Positions 23,636 through 38,354 of a stretch of 64,000 bases of DNA are shown in pieces; position 1 is the first letter of the stretch; each line of letters opens with the position of its first letter. The position numbers and the translations under genes were made by a program. The stretch lies in assembly GCA_965113315.1 (NCBI GenBank), contig OZ220370.1; one strand, written 5' to 3'. The stretch comes from Podarcis vaucheri (lineage: Eukaryota). The notes under the pieces were generated by a model, which worked only from the letters and a program-made list of their open reading frames with translations, did no database searches and was not told the DNA's origin.

Positions 23636-26600
23636 CTTTGATGAAACAGAAACAAGAAAACATTCATTTTTCATAGTTTGGGCAAGCTCTCTGGCAGTCA
23701 AAGTACAAGATAAGAATACAAGCGTTTGTATCTTCTATCAATTGGGTTGTCTGATATTTACTCCTACAAAGCAAAGTCTAGTGTGGTCTAGTCTGACATA
23801 TAGAAAAGGCTGACTGTGTGTCTGCACCCAAAGGCCTCAAGCTTCCCCACCACTGTGCTTTCTGTTAGCACAAAGCAGACCAATTAAAGTTCTCTCCTTA
23901 AAGCAAATTGCTAATATTCTTTCCCCAGAGCCCAACCATGAATTGGCAAAGAGATATCTCCAAGGGCTGTAGCTTTCCATGAACAAAACAAAGAATCTTT
24001 GTTCAGCAAAAATCAGCATTCTGCCACTATTGTAATTCTGCTCGTTTATGACAGGGCTAAAAACCGTTCTATAGAACAGTTACTTCCACATGGCTAAAAA
24101 TGCTTTACATCTTGCATAGGCTTTTCATTGGTGGCAGAAAAGTACAGCATAGTTTAAAAACATACACGGGTTATCTCCATGTAGTGAGAAATCGCCTACA
24201 CAGCCGGAATCTTAGTTTGACGGAATGTAAAATTTCCCAATTTACAGGAAATTACTGGTTTGAGAATCAGGGAAATTTACCAACGTACATGCCGCAGGAT
24301 GCAAAAAATCTTATGGGGTGAGGAAAGTTTAATTGACTCAAAAATTCTTAAAAAAATTAATGCTGACCAGGTGAACAAACAACTCAAAAAAGCTTATAAT
24401 GAATGCAAATATTTTTGTACATGGAACAGCCATAAAATCCTCTCTACAGAATGAACAGGCAACAATCCAACAAACTGGCAACATGTTAACTACTCCAGAT
24501 TATTCTATAATCTTCCATACTGCGTCTGGATAGTTGTGGGAATTTATCTTAAAATGGTACATGGAGCACTGCCTTGCAAAATGAAGAGTGTATCCCCACC
24601 CTCCACAAATACAATTTCAGTCTTTGCAGCACTGATAAATCTTTCTGTGAAACATGACAACTATGGAACACACACACAACATTCAAAAATGAATGCCACA
24701 CCTAACTTTGTTAGTAACTGAGACTCATTTACTATAATAGAACGTTAGACAAAAAATGTTAAAGCCCAAGTGTTGAATTAATTCTAAGCTAACTGACAAA
24801 GAAATGCAAAGTGTTAAAGATTGCTAAAATTTCATTTTTTCAATCAAGATACTTATAACTGCAGAGGTCAGAACTTATTACATCATTAATTATATTTAAT
24901 GAGTGCTCACTTTGATAGTACTATGTATTTTATATGAACTTTTCTTGTTCAGTTCCTTATCATTTGTAATTTTACCATTTATTTTGTATATTTTATGTTG
25001 TGAACGACCCTGATGAAGGGCGGTATACAAAATTAACAAAACATGTATCTATGTTTTAAAAGGTTTGTGCAAGAATTTACTTGAAAATAAGTATTTCAAT
25101 ATACAGCAGGCATATACAGAAGCAACTTGAACTATTTTGGACAACTATCTGTCTATCTGTAAATATATGCATATTTCTCTTAACTAATGTGCATCACTTT
25201 GCACTTGCAGGCACTGAATCCCACCTACCACTCTTTGCCCTAGTGACTCAGACTCTGGAATGACTGGGTGAAATTCAACATCATGCTATAGTGAACATCC
25301 ATCCCATCAGCGCAAGCATTGCGGCTTGCCAGACAGAACAATCTTCCCTTTCTTCTCCCGCACACTGTTCTGGGGGGCTCTCCCAAATGTACAGGGCTTG
25401 TCCTTATGGGACTGGGTACATGAATCATGCTCATTCTAGACAACCCACTGACAGCTAGGGATTTTACCACTCTGAATAATATTGAGGAGTACTAGATGAA
25501 ACACTCTGTCTGGAAGTGCTACCAAAATACAGCAGTCCTGTGTTGTCCCCTACCACTTCTACAATAATACGGGCAAACTCATGTGTTTCTCAGCATTTCA
25601 CCACTACCACTCCAAGTAGCAGATAATGATGGGGAACAAAGGCAATTAACCACATGCTACATACAGTCTGGTTAAATGTTATGTGAAGGATTAGATCCAG
25701 GGCAGCCATTTTCAGGCCCCGTTACTTTGGGATCCCTTCCCCCAGTTACTTTTTTATTGAAGGCTGAGGGAGGCATGATTTGGCTAAAATTAGGCAATTT
25801 AAGGTCTGGGGCTATTAGATTTCACTAAGGCCCCTAATCTTTCCTCCCATAATTTGAGCATCAGCTCCAGGACATTCAAGGTAGGATTTAGAGCTGAACC
25901 CTGGGCTAAAACTGTCCTGTATAAATGAGAAGCTGCCTGATCTTCCAGTGAGTACAAACCATCTAGACTACCACCTCCATCTCCTTATTCTGTAATTGTA
26001 TTTAGGGGGACAGCACAGTGTAGTCACCATTCTAAGAGACATCTGCTGGCGCATGACTTGTAGGTAGGGGGACATATTTAATATAAAAAATAAAATTTAA
26101 ACTATAAAACATGCCAGAAGCATTCAACACTTAATTTGCCCCAGCACTCTACCTGCTTCTCAGCAGCTTTCCATGTAGCAAACTAAAATGTGAATGCTTC
26201 CAAAGCCACCATTTCAATATAAGACCATTCCTATACATAGTTGAATGTGTGGTTCAAATTTGGCAGGGACTTCATGTGTTCTGTGCTTTTCAATGGTGAA
26301 TGTGAGTTAGGGTTCAACGTCCATATTTAAACTGAGGTGGGAAATGACATCAGCACCAGTAAACTGGGTCTACCCTTCTGCTCCTTCCAGCTGCTTTTGC
26401 CTATTCCGTGCAGCATAAATTGAATTCCCCAACTAATATCCTTGCCACCTGCCTTTTGTCCTTCCATAGCTTGGGTGAGGGAAGGAGGAAAAAGCTCGAT
26501 TTATAGAGTCATGTTTATCCAAAAGTTTTTCTCATGATTTCTTTGGAACTATCATTTGTATTTAAAGCTTTGTTATTTTTAGAAGATATTTAAGCATGAA

Positions 26601-27945
26601 AATCTACTACAGTCTCTGTTAATAACTTTGGAAGAAAAGGGATACATATTGACAAAGTTGGGGGACAGTAATTTTTACCAAAGTTAGAGGACTGCTGTGT
26701 AAACACGACACAAATTTATAATTTGACACCAGAACAGGTCTGAGCTATAGGGGCCAGAAATGCTTAGATAACATGACCATTATTACCTCCTATATAAAAA
26801 CTGGTGGTGTACATATAATAAACAAGTACTTTTAGAATGTATGTTTGACCAAAATCTAGTAGCTAGCTATAATAAAACTCAGAAACATAAAAAGGGATGG
26901 AGTTGTTTAGAAATGAGTTTGATAGAAAAAAATTCTGAAATACTCAAATCTGTATGCTGGGAAGATGACTATTTAAATAAGCTACCTGGAATAATGCTAT
27001 TTTTGGTGTTATAACATGCTTCAAAGTATTTCCTGTTCAGAAAAAGTTACACTAGAAAGAAAAATGTTATTCTTTTTTCCATCAAATTCCTCCTCATAAA
27101 AGATTTACTCTACTATGACCATGCCATATTTACAATAAAAACCATACATACAAATTAGCCATTATTTTAAACAGATATCACTTCAAAAATAAAACATAAA
27201 CAATTCTATCCAGTAGGTATTGCAAAAACATTACCGCTTTTGTTCTAGAAAGGAGAAAAGGATGAGAAGAAGACTCAAGAGGACAGCGGAACAATTTATA
27301 ATATTCTCTGTTCTATCATTACAACAAATGGGTTAAGCTTTGATCTATATTTAGATTATACTTCCTGTAAGTTTATCCTGCACCAGCTATGATTCTTTCA
27401 CTTTCTCACTCTAGAGTGAGTTTTTGCTGTGTGCTTTTTTCTTTTTTTTCTTTTTTTGGGGCACAGAAGTATCTATGTCATTTTAGGACACTTTTGTGCA
27501 GTTTGCACAATGAACCATTTCGTCCTTCCTCTGTGAAATGCTTTTTTCAAACAGCTCAGTGAACTAGCTTTGCATCTCACTACCTCTGAAGTTCCCTTTC
27601 GGCACCCTCCTCACAGAAAGCCGATGTCAGGCACTGAATGTCGCAGGCTTTCTCTAAAAATTGTTGCTTCTTCACGCCTACATTTCCTCCCCAACACCCA
27701 GTTGATGTTCTACCAAGAACCACACTGCTACTAACTGGCAAGGTCTAGATTGGACCTTTCAGCCAGCCAGGTCTTGGCAATACAAGCAAGGCAAGTGCCT
27801 CCAATCACAAACATAATCAACCACCCTAGCCAAAACAAAACAAAAAACAACCCACAACCCTGTATAAAGGGAATGAAACAAATGAGTAAGGATCATTTCC
27901 ACGACAAATTTCCTGAATGAACAACAACAAAAAAGAGTCTCTTAC

Positions 27946-29209
27946 CTGTTCATTCGGCTCAAAGCGCATCTCTTCTTTTTCTGTCTTTATAGTTACTGGC
28001 TTTGTGCTACTGGAAGGGTCTGTCTTACTGTCCGACCGTTCCAGCTTGGGGGTAATGTCCGGTAAACCAATATCTTTAGTATCATCTTTATCTAGCAAGT
28101 AGCGAAGTAGTGCATTTTCTTTCTTCTTGGGACTCACCGGTTCCTGTTTTGTAGTCACCTCTGAACCAGGAGCTGTGCTGCTGGTCTCCTGGCTCGGTTC
28201 TTTCCCTGTGGCCTCTGCTGTGAGCTTGGCTAAGTCTACAGGAGAACTACTGTCCTGCAAGAGCCTGTGCAAAATTTTATGCTTCTCCTTGAGCGAGGTT
28301 CCATGCGTTGAACCAGAACCAGATAAACCTCCCGCGGAGTCCTTGTTAGCATCTCCCATAGCGTTAGACAAAGGTGAAGGCTCCATCTGATCAGATTTGG
28401 TGGTCAGCAGCTGTAAGAGCTTTGTCTGGCTTTTGCCATCATGAAGTCTGTTCTGTCCATCAGGCCTCTCACCAACAACCTGGGGCATGCCATCATTACT
28501 TTCTTTCAGTTCTCCTGAATGGCAGACACTCTCGGCTTGTCCAGCTGTACCTTCCGATTGCTCCCCATGAAGTCCAAAGCCATCTTTAGAGTCCAGGCTT
28601 CCCATTTTGCTTAGCTGAGGAGGATTCATACTTACAGGGGAATTTTGCAAATTACCCATTTTTACGTCAGGTGAAGCCAAGGATGACCCCAGAGAGACTC
28701 CATGCCCCTCGCTGAGAGCCTGAAGTGCATTGAGGGAACTGTTGGTATAACTATGGCTATTTCCTGTGCTGCTGCAAACCCCAACAGGTGAATGCAAGCT
28801 TCCTGCAGGGGAAAACTGACTGGGTGGGATCCGAGGACTGCCTGCCACTCCCGGACTCATACGGTGCCGTGGGGATAGCATAGAGTTTGGCTGACCTGGT
28901 GTCATGCCAGGGCTGTTTTGAGAGGGACTATTCATTTTTAGTGCATAGTTACTACCCTGAGGAGTGGATGCTTGTATACTTGACACATGGTTCATCCCGC
29001 CTGAACCACCAAACCTGCTTGCTGGCATGCCCATTTGTTCCTTCGGGCCATTTATGGCAAAATTCATATTGCTACTGATGGTCATATCCTGACCTGGATT
29101 CCCACTGCACATGGCCTGATGGGCAGGACTGCTGGAGCTAATTGGGTTCAATGGCTTTCCCATTGCTTGTCCAGTTAAATCCTGGTTCATTCCACAAACA
29201 TTCTGTTCC
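27946..29209 (-). CDS. NCOA2: NCOA2 coding exon 9 (large exon; S/T-rich region and nuclear-receptor interaction domain)
   Basis: Covers most of the 454-aa ORF. LxxLL boxes LLQLL (28405-28419), LHRLL (28258-28272), LRYLL (28093-28107); 1264 nt. Confidence 0.98.
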
Positions 29210-32200
29210 CTGAAACAGTAAAAAAGAACAAAAACATTATTAAAATTTACATTTTAAATATGATTAATAAAAGACAAAACTGATAAAATAGAGATTTGAC
29301 AATCCCAAACGCAAAGATGGACATAGCATTTGTTTTATCTTGATGTATTCCTAAGCCTGGGGCCTCTACTAACATTTCTTTATCTTGTTCATAATGAAAG
29401 AAAGAGAAAAGAAACAAACAGAAGCAATTACCTTTTTGACAAAGATCATTGCTTTTTCTATTTTACAGATGAACAAAGACAATTTGCTGGAGGTTGCTGG
29501 TATCCATTGCTGAGATCCACTGCATGAGGGAGCCAGACCCTAAGGCCCTGAGGTAATGTGGAGACCTATAGTGGATGCAACTAGACACTCAGTAGCCACA
29601 CACCTGCACAGGACTGAATTATAAGCCCCTCCAGTTAAGAATGCTGGTCCCCTCCTCCATGCAACAACACTCAACAGGAGATAGTGGTAACTGTCATGAC
29701 CTGAGCCTTTTTCAGAGGACCAAACCAACTGTAAGTGCTTCTGCAGGAAGAATCCTTGGTGCCAGCATCCCTCTGGCCAAGGACATCATGTCCCTTGAGA
29801 ACTCCACCTCAAAACTCCTACAGCAACCAAAGCCTTCTCTGCTCTTCAGAGAAATCAACTGCTAAAGCAGCCTGGGCCCCTTTAAATGAAGTTTCTTCTC
29901 AGCAACAGAGAAATAGCTGCAGCTCCTATTTAAGGCTCAATCTGAAGAGCCCTGCTGCTGAAGCAACATCTGAGCTCTGCTCTCATGAAATATTGAGGCT
30001 AAGCACTGCACAGAGCTATCCAGGCAACCCTTGCTTCACCTAACAACAGAACCATCATCTCAAAGTCACCACTGACTGTGGAAATATTATTTATTTTGGC
30101 AAGGAACCCAAATGAGTTAACTGCTGGAAATGGATCCCATGGCTCTTGGGTTCATTTCTGTCTTAACAGATATCTTAATATCACATAAGAGAGAAAGCTC
30201 CAATTAGATATCTACAAGTTTGTCTGATAGCAAATAAAGTTTTCACTATTTTGATTATATAAGAGAGAATCAAACAAATCCACTTCTGAAAAAAGAAAGC
30301 AGAAAGAGGATAGGCATTTGTTGACAATCTGAAAGTAAACGAACAGGCCTTTTACAGCCTTGAAACTGCTGCCTCATTTGCCAACAAGAATTACAGTGAA
30401 AAGCAAGTTTTAAAAGTCATCTCAAAGTACAGCCAAAAAAATTTACAACACTGCTTTAAGTATGGAAGCCAAAAAAACTACAGTACAGCAAACAAGTTCA
30501 GAATGAGATCAGCATAGTTAGAGAAAGATTTTGTGGGTACATGCAAGCTAAAGAATGTGCATGAAGGACAGAGATGGGGGGAAGAGGAGGTTTTTCCAGA
30601 TGACTAACGTGTGCTCCAACCAAATATTATCCCTTGTAGAATAATCCCACAGGTAAACAGCATGTTATTCCATTTGTATGCAATAAATGACTTGGAGTGA
30701 GAAGAGGGGGAGAAAACTGTATTACCAGCCCAAAACAATTTGTTTAAAAACAAAAGGTTGTTAAATGTACACTGCAGCATGAACATTGGTAGCACAAATC
30801 TTCCAATCCAAATATTCTGTGAAGTAGGGAACTCAGACTATTCTAGTGGCTGCCGGCAGTGGAGAAGAGAGATATAAGGCAATTAGCAGGGAAGCTTTGG
30901 GGAAAGATCTCCACCCACTACTTTAGGAAACCACTGGACAAGCAGTGATGGCGGCTGTGTGGAGACTGCAGATTAAATCTCCTCTGTGCAGCAGCATATC
31001 TCTAAACAGTTTATAAAAAAACAGAGAGACATGTCCCCATATCTTCTACCATTTGGGCTTTTTAGTGCGTGCAGGTATAAGAAACTGAGTAAGTGCTATT
31101 TGGGGATGCCTTAAATCTCATGCAGGGGAGTCTACCATAGGAACTGGAGAAAGAAGATTTGCATTGAGATCCACTGCTTAAAATCTCAGGGTAAGTTTTC
31201 TTCCCACTCTTTCCTGGATTGAATTCCCTACATGAGCATCTAAGGAAGCAAAATAGCTTCCTTTCACTGCTTCTCTCATCACTTCCCCATGCTGAGAGCA
31301 ACAGCATACAGGTGAACCACATTCTACACAGTAGCACTATCTAGGGAAGAATCACATTTTTCAGGAACAAGATATTGCTGTTTGAAAATACATTTCTTGA
31401 GAGAAGATATGTGCATGAAATCTCTTTGAAGACTATCCAAGTTTAGTTATTTTTGCAGATTTTCTTTTGCACATAAGGTTTTTGTTCTGTTATAAATTTA
31501 CACTGAATAACATCTGTAGTCAGTTCCTCTCTTCAGACTTAAAAATGGGAGCTATCAATGTCCCCCCCCCAAAAAAAAAGTTTCTTAAAAATTACAAGTT
31601 TGCTAAATTACTGAAAGAACACTGAAGGAAAAGTGCTTTATGAACTAACTATATTTAATAGAGTTTTGGCACTGGTTTAAACATTCCTTTGCAGGGTTTG
31701 CACTGAAAGTTCTACAGCTGAAACATTTAAACTTTGCCCTGCTAGTGGCATGAGAACTAGAAAGAAAAGCTGAGGAGGAAGAGAAACTGCCCAGTCAATT
31801 CTTGTTAGCATGAGATGACTAAAATGAAAGGGGAAACTTTGTTTAAAAATGCACAAAACTCCCAAAGGTTCATGTTAATTTACTGTTTCTCAGATTGCAT
31901 TATAAGCTAGAAAAACTTAACTTTCTTGTAAGTATGTGCGCTGTAGCCTAGCAGTTTTTATTTAGCTTGCTGCCTCATCAGCCACCTTCAAAATATAAAA
32001 AGGTCCCCTTAATTCCAACAAAAAGTTCTGAATTGTTTAAACAGCAATGTTCAGAGGGTATAGTCAAAGTCAGTAAAGTCTTTTTTTTTTGGTACAATGT
32101 TCAGCAGCTAACAGATAAACAACAACGAAAGATAATTTTTATTAAAACTTATGCATAGTTCATAATTGAGTCTGACACAAATATGCAATTGCTTCTCATA

Positions 32201-32949
32201 ACCAAGCACTGAACTTTTCATATTTAATGCATAGGAACTGCAGATTCTGGAGAAAAAACTGTCATTTCCCTTTGTCTACATTCTTCATTTTTTTTGTCCC
32301 ATAATGATCTCTCTTGGAAGAGTGAAGGAGATGTTGAACTGGAACAATGGTGAATATTTACATGCAAGGATGTGTTGTCCAAACAGTTCTCTTAAGTGCT
32401 TATAAAGTTTCTTACAAAACAATATCATTAGTGCATACAAGAAAACTGTTCAATTTTCCCAATAGCGAAACCCTTCAAACCCCAGAATGAGCCTGAGTTG
32501 AGAATGCAACCGGTCCTGCAAGGATTTCCATGCCTGTACACAAAGTGAGGGGCTCAACATACCAAATGTACTACATGAAGTATTACGATTTTATCTTATG
32601 TGGAACGTTAAAATTAAGTGTGGTCAAAGTAGATGTGGATCTCAAAGTGATAAAACAGCTTTTAAACACCAATCTGTATCTTCAACTGAAGTCCCAAATT
32701 CATGTGGTTGGTTGGAAGCACTATTTAAATAATTGGTATTTATTTACAAACAAGTGGACTAGAATGTTTTCTTTACAAAACAGATACCATTACAATCAAA
32801 ACTATACTTTATTTTACTGTCATGCTACACCCAATATAGCTAAAGGAGGCTACTGCAATAATGCATAATAAATTATGTAGTCTTGCTGCAGCTGCTCTTA
32901 GGAAGTGAGGTTGAAGATTTTTCAAGGCAGCAAAAATTGTATAAATTAC

Positions 32950-33097
32950 CTGTGAAGCATATGCAAGGATATTACAAGCTGAGGTTCACCAGTAGTCTGA
33001 GAACGGATGAGCTTGCTCTTCGTTTGGGCAGCAACTATGTTGCCGTCAGACAAGGAAAATCGATAAACAGGACTGAAAGCTAGTCCCTGCCTCAGCA
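32950..33097 (-). CDS. NCOA2: NCOA2 coding exon 8, PAS-B second half
   Basis: [50 protein letters not shown]; 148 nt. Confidence 0.96.
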
Positions 33098-34363
33098 CTG
33101 TAAACAAGGAGAAACAAGAAAAAAGTAGTAAGAAATACAGGATAATCCACATGAAAATGTGGACTCGGTTTTCATTGCCTTCTTTAGAAAGCTAGGAAAA
33201 AATCTGCATTTTCTTTTGCAAAATCAGCAAGGCTGTGTTAAAGGAAAAGCTAATGTTTTGCAGATTAAGACCAAAGTGCAACTGCAGTAAAGTATTAACC
33301 GAAAGAGTGAGTTAGAGACGGTGCCAGCATTGCAAAAACAGTGCACTTACCTGCGAATTTTCTCTTCATGGAGAATAATCTAAAATAAGAATGATTTCCA
33401 CCTGTTCCAACCAGAGGAGACAGTGACTCACAACTGAAATTAACTTGCCAGGGACAAAGCTAGTCGCAGCTAGCTTCCTGACATGTCTCCAGATAATTAT
33501 TACAAAGCATTCCAGCTTTAGACAAACTAGCAAAGTACACTGACAGGGATAAATTTGTTAACCAGGAGCATACTTTAGAACGATACAATATATGGACTAG
33601 CATCCCAAGGAATGGAAAATTCTCCCTGAACATATGCCAACTTGAGCCATGACATGACAAGGAAGGGGAGACTAGTTTGTCTACAACTTAATCAGGCCTT
33701 CCTGCAATTAGCTGGAGATGGCAGAAAAATGAGCAGTGTGGCAGTGAGGTAACCTGAAGCAAAACCTGGGGCCAGCCTCCTACATCTGTCCCCCAAATGC
33801 TCTCAGTAGAAAACAGCCTATTTAAGTAAAGGGAGGAATATCAACATAATATATATTATATAGTTTATAGTATGTTATGTGGCTAGGCAAACCTACTTTA
33901 ATGGAAAATGTTCATTTCACATTCCAACATGAGGAAATCACAGAACATCATGGTTTCTAGAAACATCATTTACAATTGCTAAAATCTGGAACAAAAATGC
34001 TCAACCAATTGCCTAATTCAGACAAAAAGTCATTTATTACAATAGACAGGCAATCTACTTGAATGACGTCTTCCTTGCTTTCATTTTGGCAAGCTTATCA
34101 AGTAAACTGACAGGAGATTTGGTAGCAAGCTTACTTTGTGCTGAGAGGTTGGTGGTGCCCCTTTCTTGCCCTGTGGGAGATCACAGGTGATCCTCAACAA
34201 AATTCAGTTTACTTAAGGTGTGCTCACCTAATGAAACCAATATGCAGATGCATTCTTTGGGTAACGTGTATTTCTGGGGGGGAAATTCTAAGTCTGTGGC
34301 ATAAATTTAGTGTGAAATGGAATAGGATTGGAATTCCAACTGAAAAAAAGGTAGGCCCTAGTC

Positions 34364-34619
34364 TAGGGGTGAGCAAACGTTTTTAGCAGGGGGCTGGTCC
34401 ACTGTCCCTCAGACCCTGTGTGGGGCCGGACTATATTTGGGGGGGGGGAAGAAAAAAGAACAAATTCCTATGCCCTACAAATAACCCAGAGATGCATCTT
34501 AAATAAAAGCACACATTCTACTCATGTAAAAACACACTGATTCCTGGACTATCCATGGGCCGTATTTAGAAGGCGATTGGGCCGGATCCGGCCCCCAGGC
34601 ATTAGTTTGCCTACCCATG
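34364..34619. mobile_element. hAT (Charlie-like) non-autonomous element
   Basis: Ends TAGGGGTGAGCAAAC / GTTTGCCTACCCATG; perfect 8-bp TSD CCCTAGTC (34356-34363, 34620-34627). Confidence 0.88.
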
Positions 34620-34808
34620 CCCTAGTCCCACAGACTCTGGCCCCATATGCTCTCCTGTAAATTTCTATCATCCAAGTCTTTTGAAGAAGAAATATTGCCT
34701 AGTGTCAAACCTTTTTTACTTTCATGAGTCTACATATAATTTTATTAAATAATTTTACTTAGTTCAACAAAAATGGGATTTTCCTTGCACATACCTCCCC
34801 TAAATACC

Positions 34809-35033
34809 TTCCACCTAAACATTCGGAAGAACTTCCTGACAGTAAGAGCTGTTCGACAGTGGAATTTGCTGCCAAGGAGTGTGGTGGAGTCTCCTACTTT
34901 GGAGGTCTTTAAGCAGAGGCTTGACAACCATATGTCAGGAGTGCTCTGATGGTGTTTCCTGCTTGGCAGGGGGTTGGACTCGATGGCCCTTGTGGTCTCT
35001 TCCAACTCTATGATTCTATGATTCTATGATTCT
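34809..35033 (+). mobile_element. Young CR1 LINE 3' end
   Basis: Encodes [15 protein letters not shown]..; (ATTCTATG)n tail. Confidence 0.92.
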
Positions 35034-38023
35034 AAATCTGTCTTTCAGGATTTGAACACTGACACAAGACACTTTTAAGTTGCACTGCAAAAAAATGTGC
35101 TTTTCCAGATCTGGAATTTCAATTTTGCCCCATCTTTAAATGAAAACAATGAGTTACCAGCTGGTTTATTTTAATGTTTTCTTCACTGTGAAACCTGATA
35201 AACTAGTTTCAATTCTTGATTTTCCTGAACTGGCTCAAAACTCCTTCATACTTGTGTTTATGCCTATCCTATGGAATTATATTTATGCCTCTCCCTTAAC
35301 CATCTCCACATTTTGAACACATAATGCTGAAAAACAAGAGTTAAGGTTTAAAATATTTATCTTTGACAACATCTTTGTGTCAATCACGTAGTAGATCAAG
35401 TAACATTCAGATTCTGACAATGCTAGACAAGTTTTTCCCCTCCCCCAGTCTTGCAACACTGGTATGGTAAGATTTCCCCCTGTTCCTGCCTCAAAGTTTT
35501 CTATCGTGCTACTACATTTTAAATTATTATTTTGGCACAGGAAAACAGGAAACACAAGTTAAACAGCCAGAAGAGTTTATGTAGAGTAGGAATGCAAAGA
35601 AAAACAAAGCCTGTTAACTGTGGCATACTGTAAAGTAAAATTTCACACTGAAGGTATGTCATTGTTTCAGTCTAACCTTTGGGCAGAACTCTCAGCAGCA
35701 GCAGTGCTTTTAGTTCAGAGCAGGAAATTCCAACACTCCCTTGTCAACAACTCTGATGTTAAAAACGCTGAAGTTAATCCATTTTTAAAACTGGGTGTGT
35801 GTATTCAAATCCACAGCTACAGATTTTATTTAGGGTTTTTTTAAAAAAAAGATGTCATGTGACAAATTACTTCCAATTAAAGTTAAAGCTTGCCAAATGA
35901 AAAAAAGAGACATATGCTCTGGGCAGCTTAAACCAATACAGTAAAACAAAATAAAGCATTTTGATTTAGTTTTGTGTAACATGGAATAAGCACGACATTT
36001 TGCATTGAACTTGGGGTGTACAGAAAAGCACGTTACCTGTCCTATTTATGAATGAAATTAGGTTCTTGTTAAAACCAAGGGGGGAAATACTCAATGTGAT
36101 TCTCAGGACTTTGCTTGACACTCTTCAGTTAGTCAAATTTCAGAAGGCATCTCAAAGTGTTTTCTGGCACTGACCCAGGGTTAGTGCATGCCATCTTCCC
36201 AACATACAAAGCTAGAGTCATAATGACTGTCCTAATGCTTCATCTGTTGGTTTAACAGAATATGGGTATAAACCTGATGGGTTGAGAGTTCACAGCAGTG
36301 GAGCTCAAAGCAATTTCATGTGCACACCACATTAAGAGGTAGAGCGAACCATCCTTCTAAAGTGATGACAAAGCTGCAACATGTATGCTAAATTAGCTTC
36401 TTAAGAGTATGCAGCCTACTGTAGAGGTTCTAATAAGATGGAAGAAAATAATTAAATTTCCTCCAAAGTCACAATCCAGTATCTAGACAGGGCTTTCATC
36501 TTTTCTCCCCAGCAAGCAGCCCCTTGTGGTGTGGCAAGTGGAGATTCTAAAGGTCTTTCGAATTTTTGTATTGCTGTTTGGCCAGCACAGGAAAGTGCAA
36601 CTTCAGGAAAGAAGATGCTCAAGAGCATTCACCAGGCAACCTCATGTTTTCAGGCCTTAATGTTGAATTTAACCCTATTCTCCACAGAAGACACATGAAC
36701 TAACTAATGACTTAATTCTTGACACTTTCTTTCAGTGCAGCCTTTCATAAATGAGTGGTGCTTTCAAGATGGATTTCTTGAGGACTGAAGATCCAGTCCT
36801 TACTACACTTTAAATCAGCATGGCACCATTTCTTTCTTTCTTTTCTATATAATTTGTGCCTTGTTTAGCACTTATCACATTTTACCCCAGATGATAATAG
36901 GAGTAGCACAATGAACGAACCAAACTGTTTCAAAAGACCACTATGGAAGCACAGAACATTAAAATAACCCATCAGAGAAGGGGACAGATTTACGGGAGAG
37001 ATGGGGAACCAGCAAAATCTGCAGCTTGGGTGGGAAAAGACCAAATGTAAAAAGGCTTTGTTCAACCCCGACTGCTTTCTTTTTTGGAGGCAGGGGGAGG
37101 GAGTGGAAATCTATGTGCTATGTGTATGGGTGGCATAAGTGGGGGGTGGCCATGACCAGTCTGTGAATTTCCACACTTGTTATGGCCCAGCCTATCACTG
37201 AAATGCAGTCCTCAGAGAGCTGGCCAAAAGGGAATGCAACCTTGGACTGAAAAAGGTTTCTCACCCCGCTTTACTGGAACCTTTAATTAGGATAAATTAA
37301 TACATTTGCATTTTTCAAACATCTCCGGGGAAAGTGTCACATGCCATTTCATTAGTCACTGCATGACACACAAAGTACTTTCTTATTAAATGCATTGCAC
37401 AAAACAGCTCTCTTGTCCAAATTGTGCCGTCGCCTAATCCAAGTAATTCCTCAGGAGTAAAAAGACATTGATGGGAAAGATACATCATTTCGTGGTTCAA
37501 AATTTACATAAGCTCTCTAGATTCATATTTGGGTCAGTCAGATTCCGTTTGATCACATTCCCTTCTTCCTCAGTTGTCTATTCTATTTAAAGTATTTTCA
37601 TCTATTTAAAGTGTTTTCATCAACAACAGTGCTTAGATGTATTCTGAAAAGAATCAAGCAGGCCAATCTACAGCTCATGGGGTTTTCATTATACCTAGGA
37701 CAGACTTTTCCATCCACTGAAATGTTTACTTTAATTGGTTTACTGATTTAGATTTTTATTTGTAGTCCATCTAGAGTATAATTTATCATGGACAACTGAG
37801 ATACAAATGTTCAGATAAATAAAATATATATAAAATGTAGACAGTTCTACCGACACATGAAGCAGTTTCTGATATTGCACCTAATGGGGAAGGCTTTGCA
37901 CTTCTTAGCACTCCATATCTGTATTGTATTGGAGCTGCTGTATGATTTCTGGATCATGACTTGCCAAAAGTTTGTGCTTTTCTTTCTGTTGTAAACATGC
38001 TTGAAGAAACAATGGATCCTTAC

Positions 38024-38164
38024 CCTCCTGATGATGCCTCTTGGCAAAAGACATATCTCCCTCATGCTGTGCATAGAATCTCTGGATGCACCTTCTCACC
38101 ACATCTTCCCAGCCAGGTTTCATAGCTGCTCGCATGGTACTAGTGTCAAGTGAAGTTATCTTGC
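38024..38164 (-). CDS. NCOA2: NCOA2 coding exon 7, PAS-B first half
   Basis: [46 protein letters not shown]; 141 nt; G|GTAAG donor. Confidence 0.96.
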
Positions 38165-38252
38165 CTGAAGGTATATAAGGCTGTTATTAGAAACCTACAC
38201 CTGTTTTTTGTTGTTTTAATAAAAGAAGATTTGACTTGCACTTTCACGGTAC

Positions 38253-38354
38253 CTTGCAGATCTTGACGAGTGCTAAATGTCTCTGATGAGGGCAGAAGCG
38301 GCCTTTCCTTCATTGGAACTCTTCTTGCCACACAAATCAAGCAAGACTGAAGAT
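38253..38354 (-). CDS. NCOA2: NCOA2 coding exon 6
   Basis: [35 protein letters not shown]; 102 nt; followed by an 88-nt intron. Confidence 0.95.
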
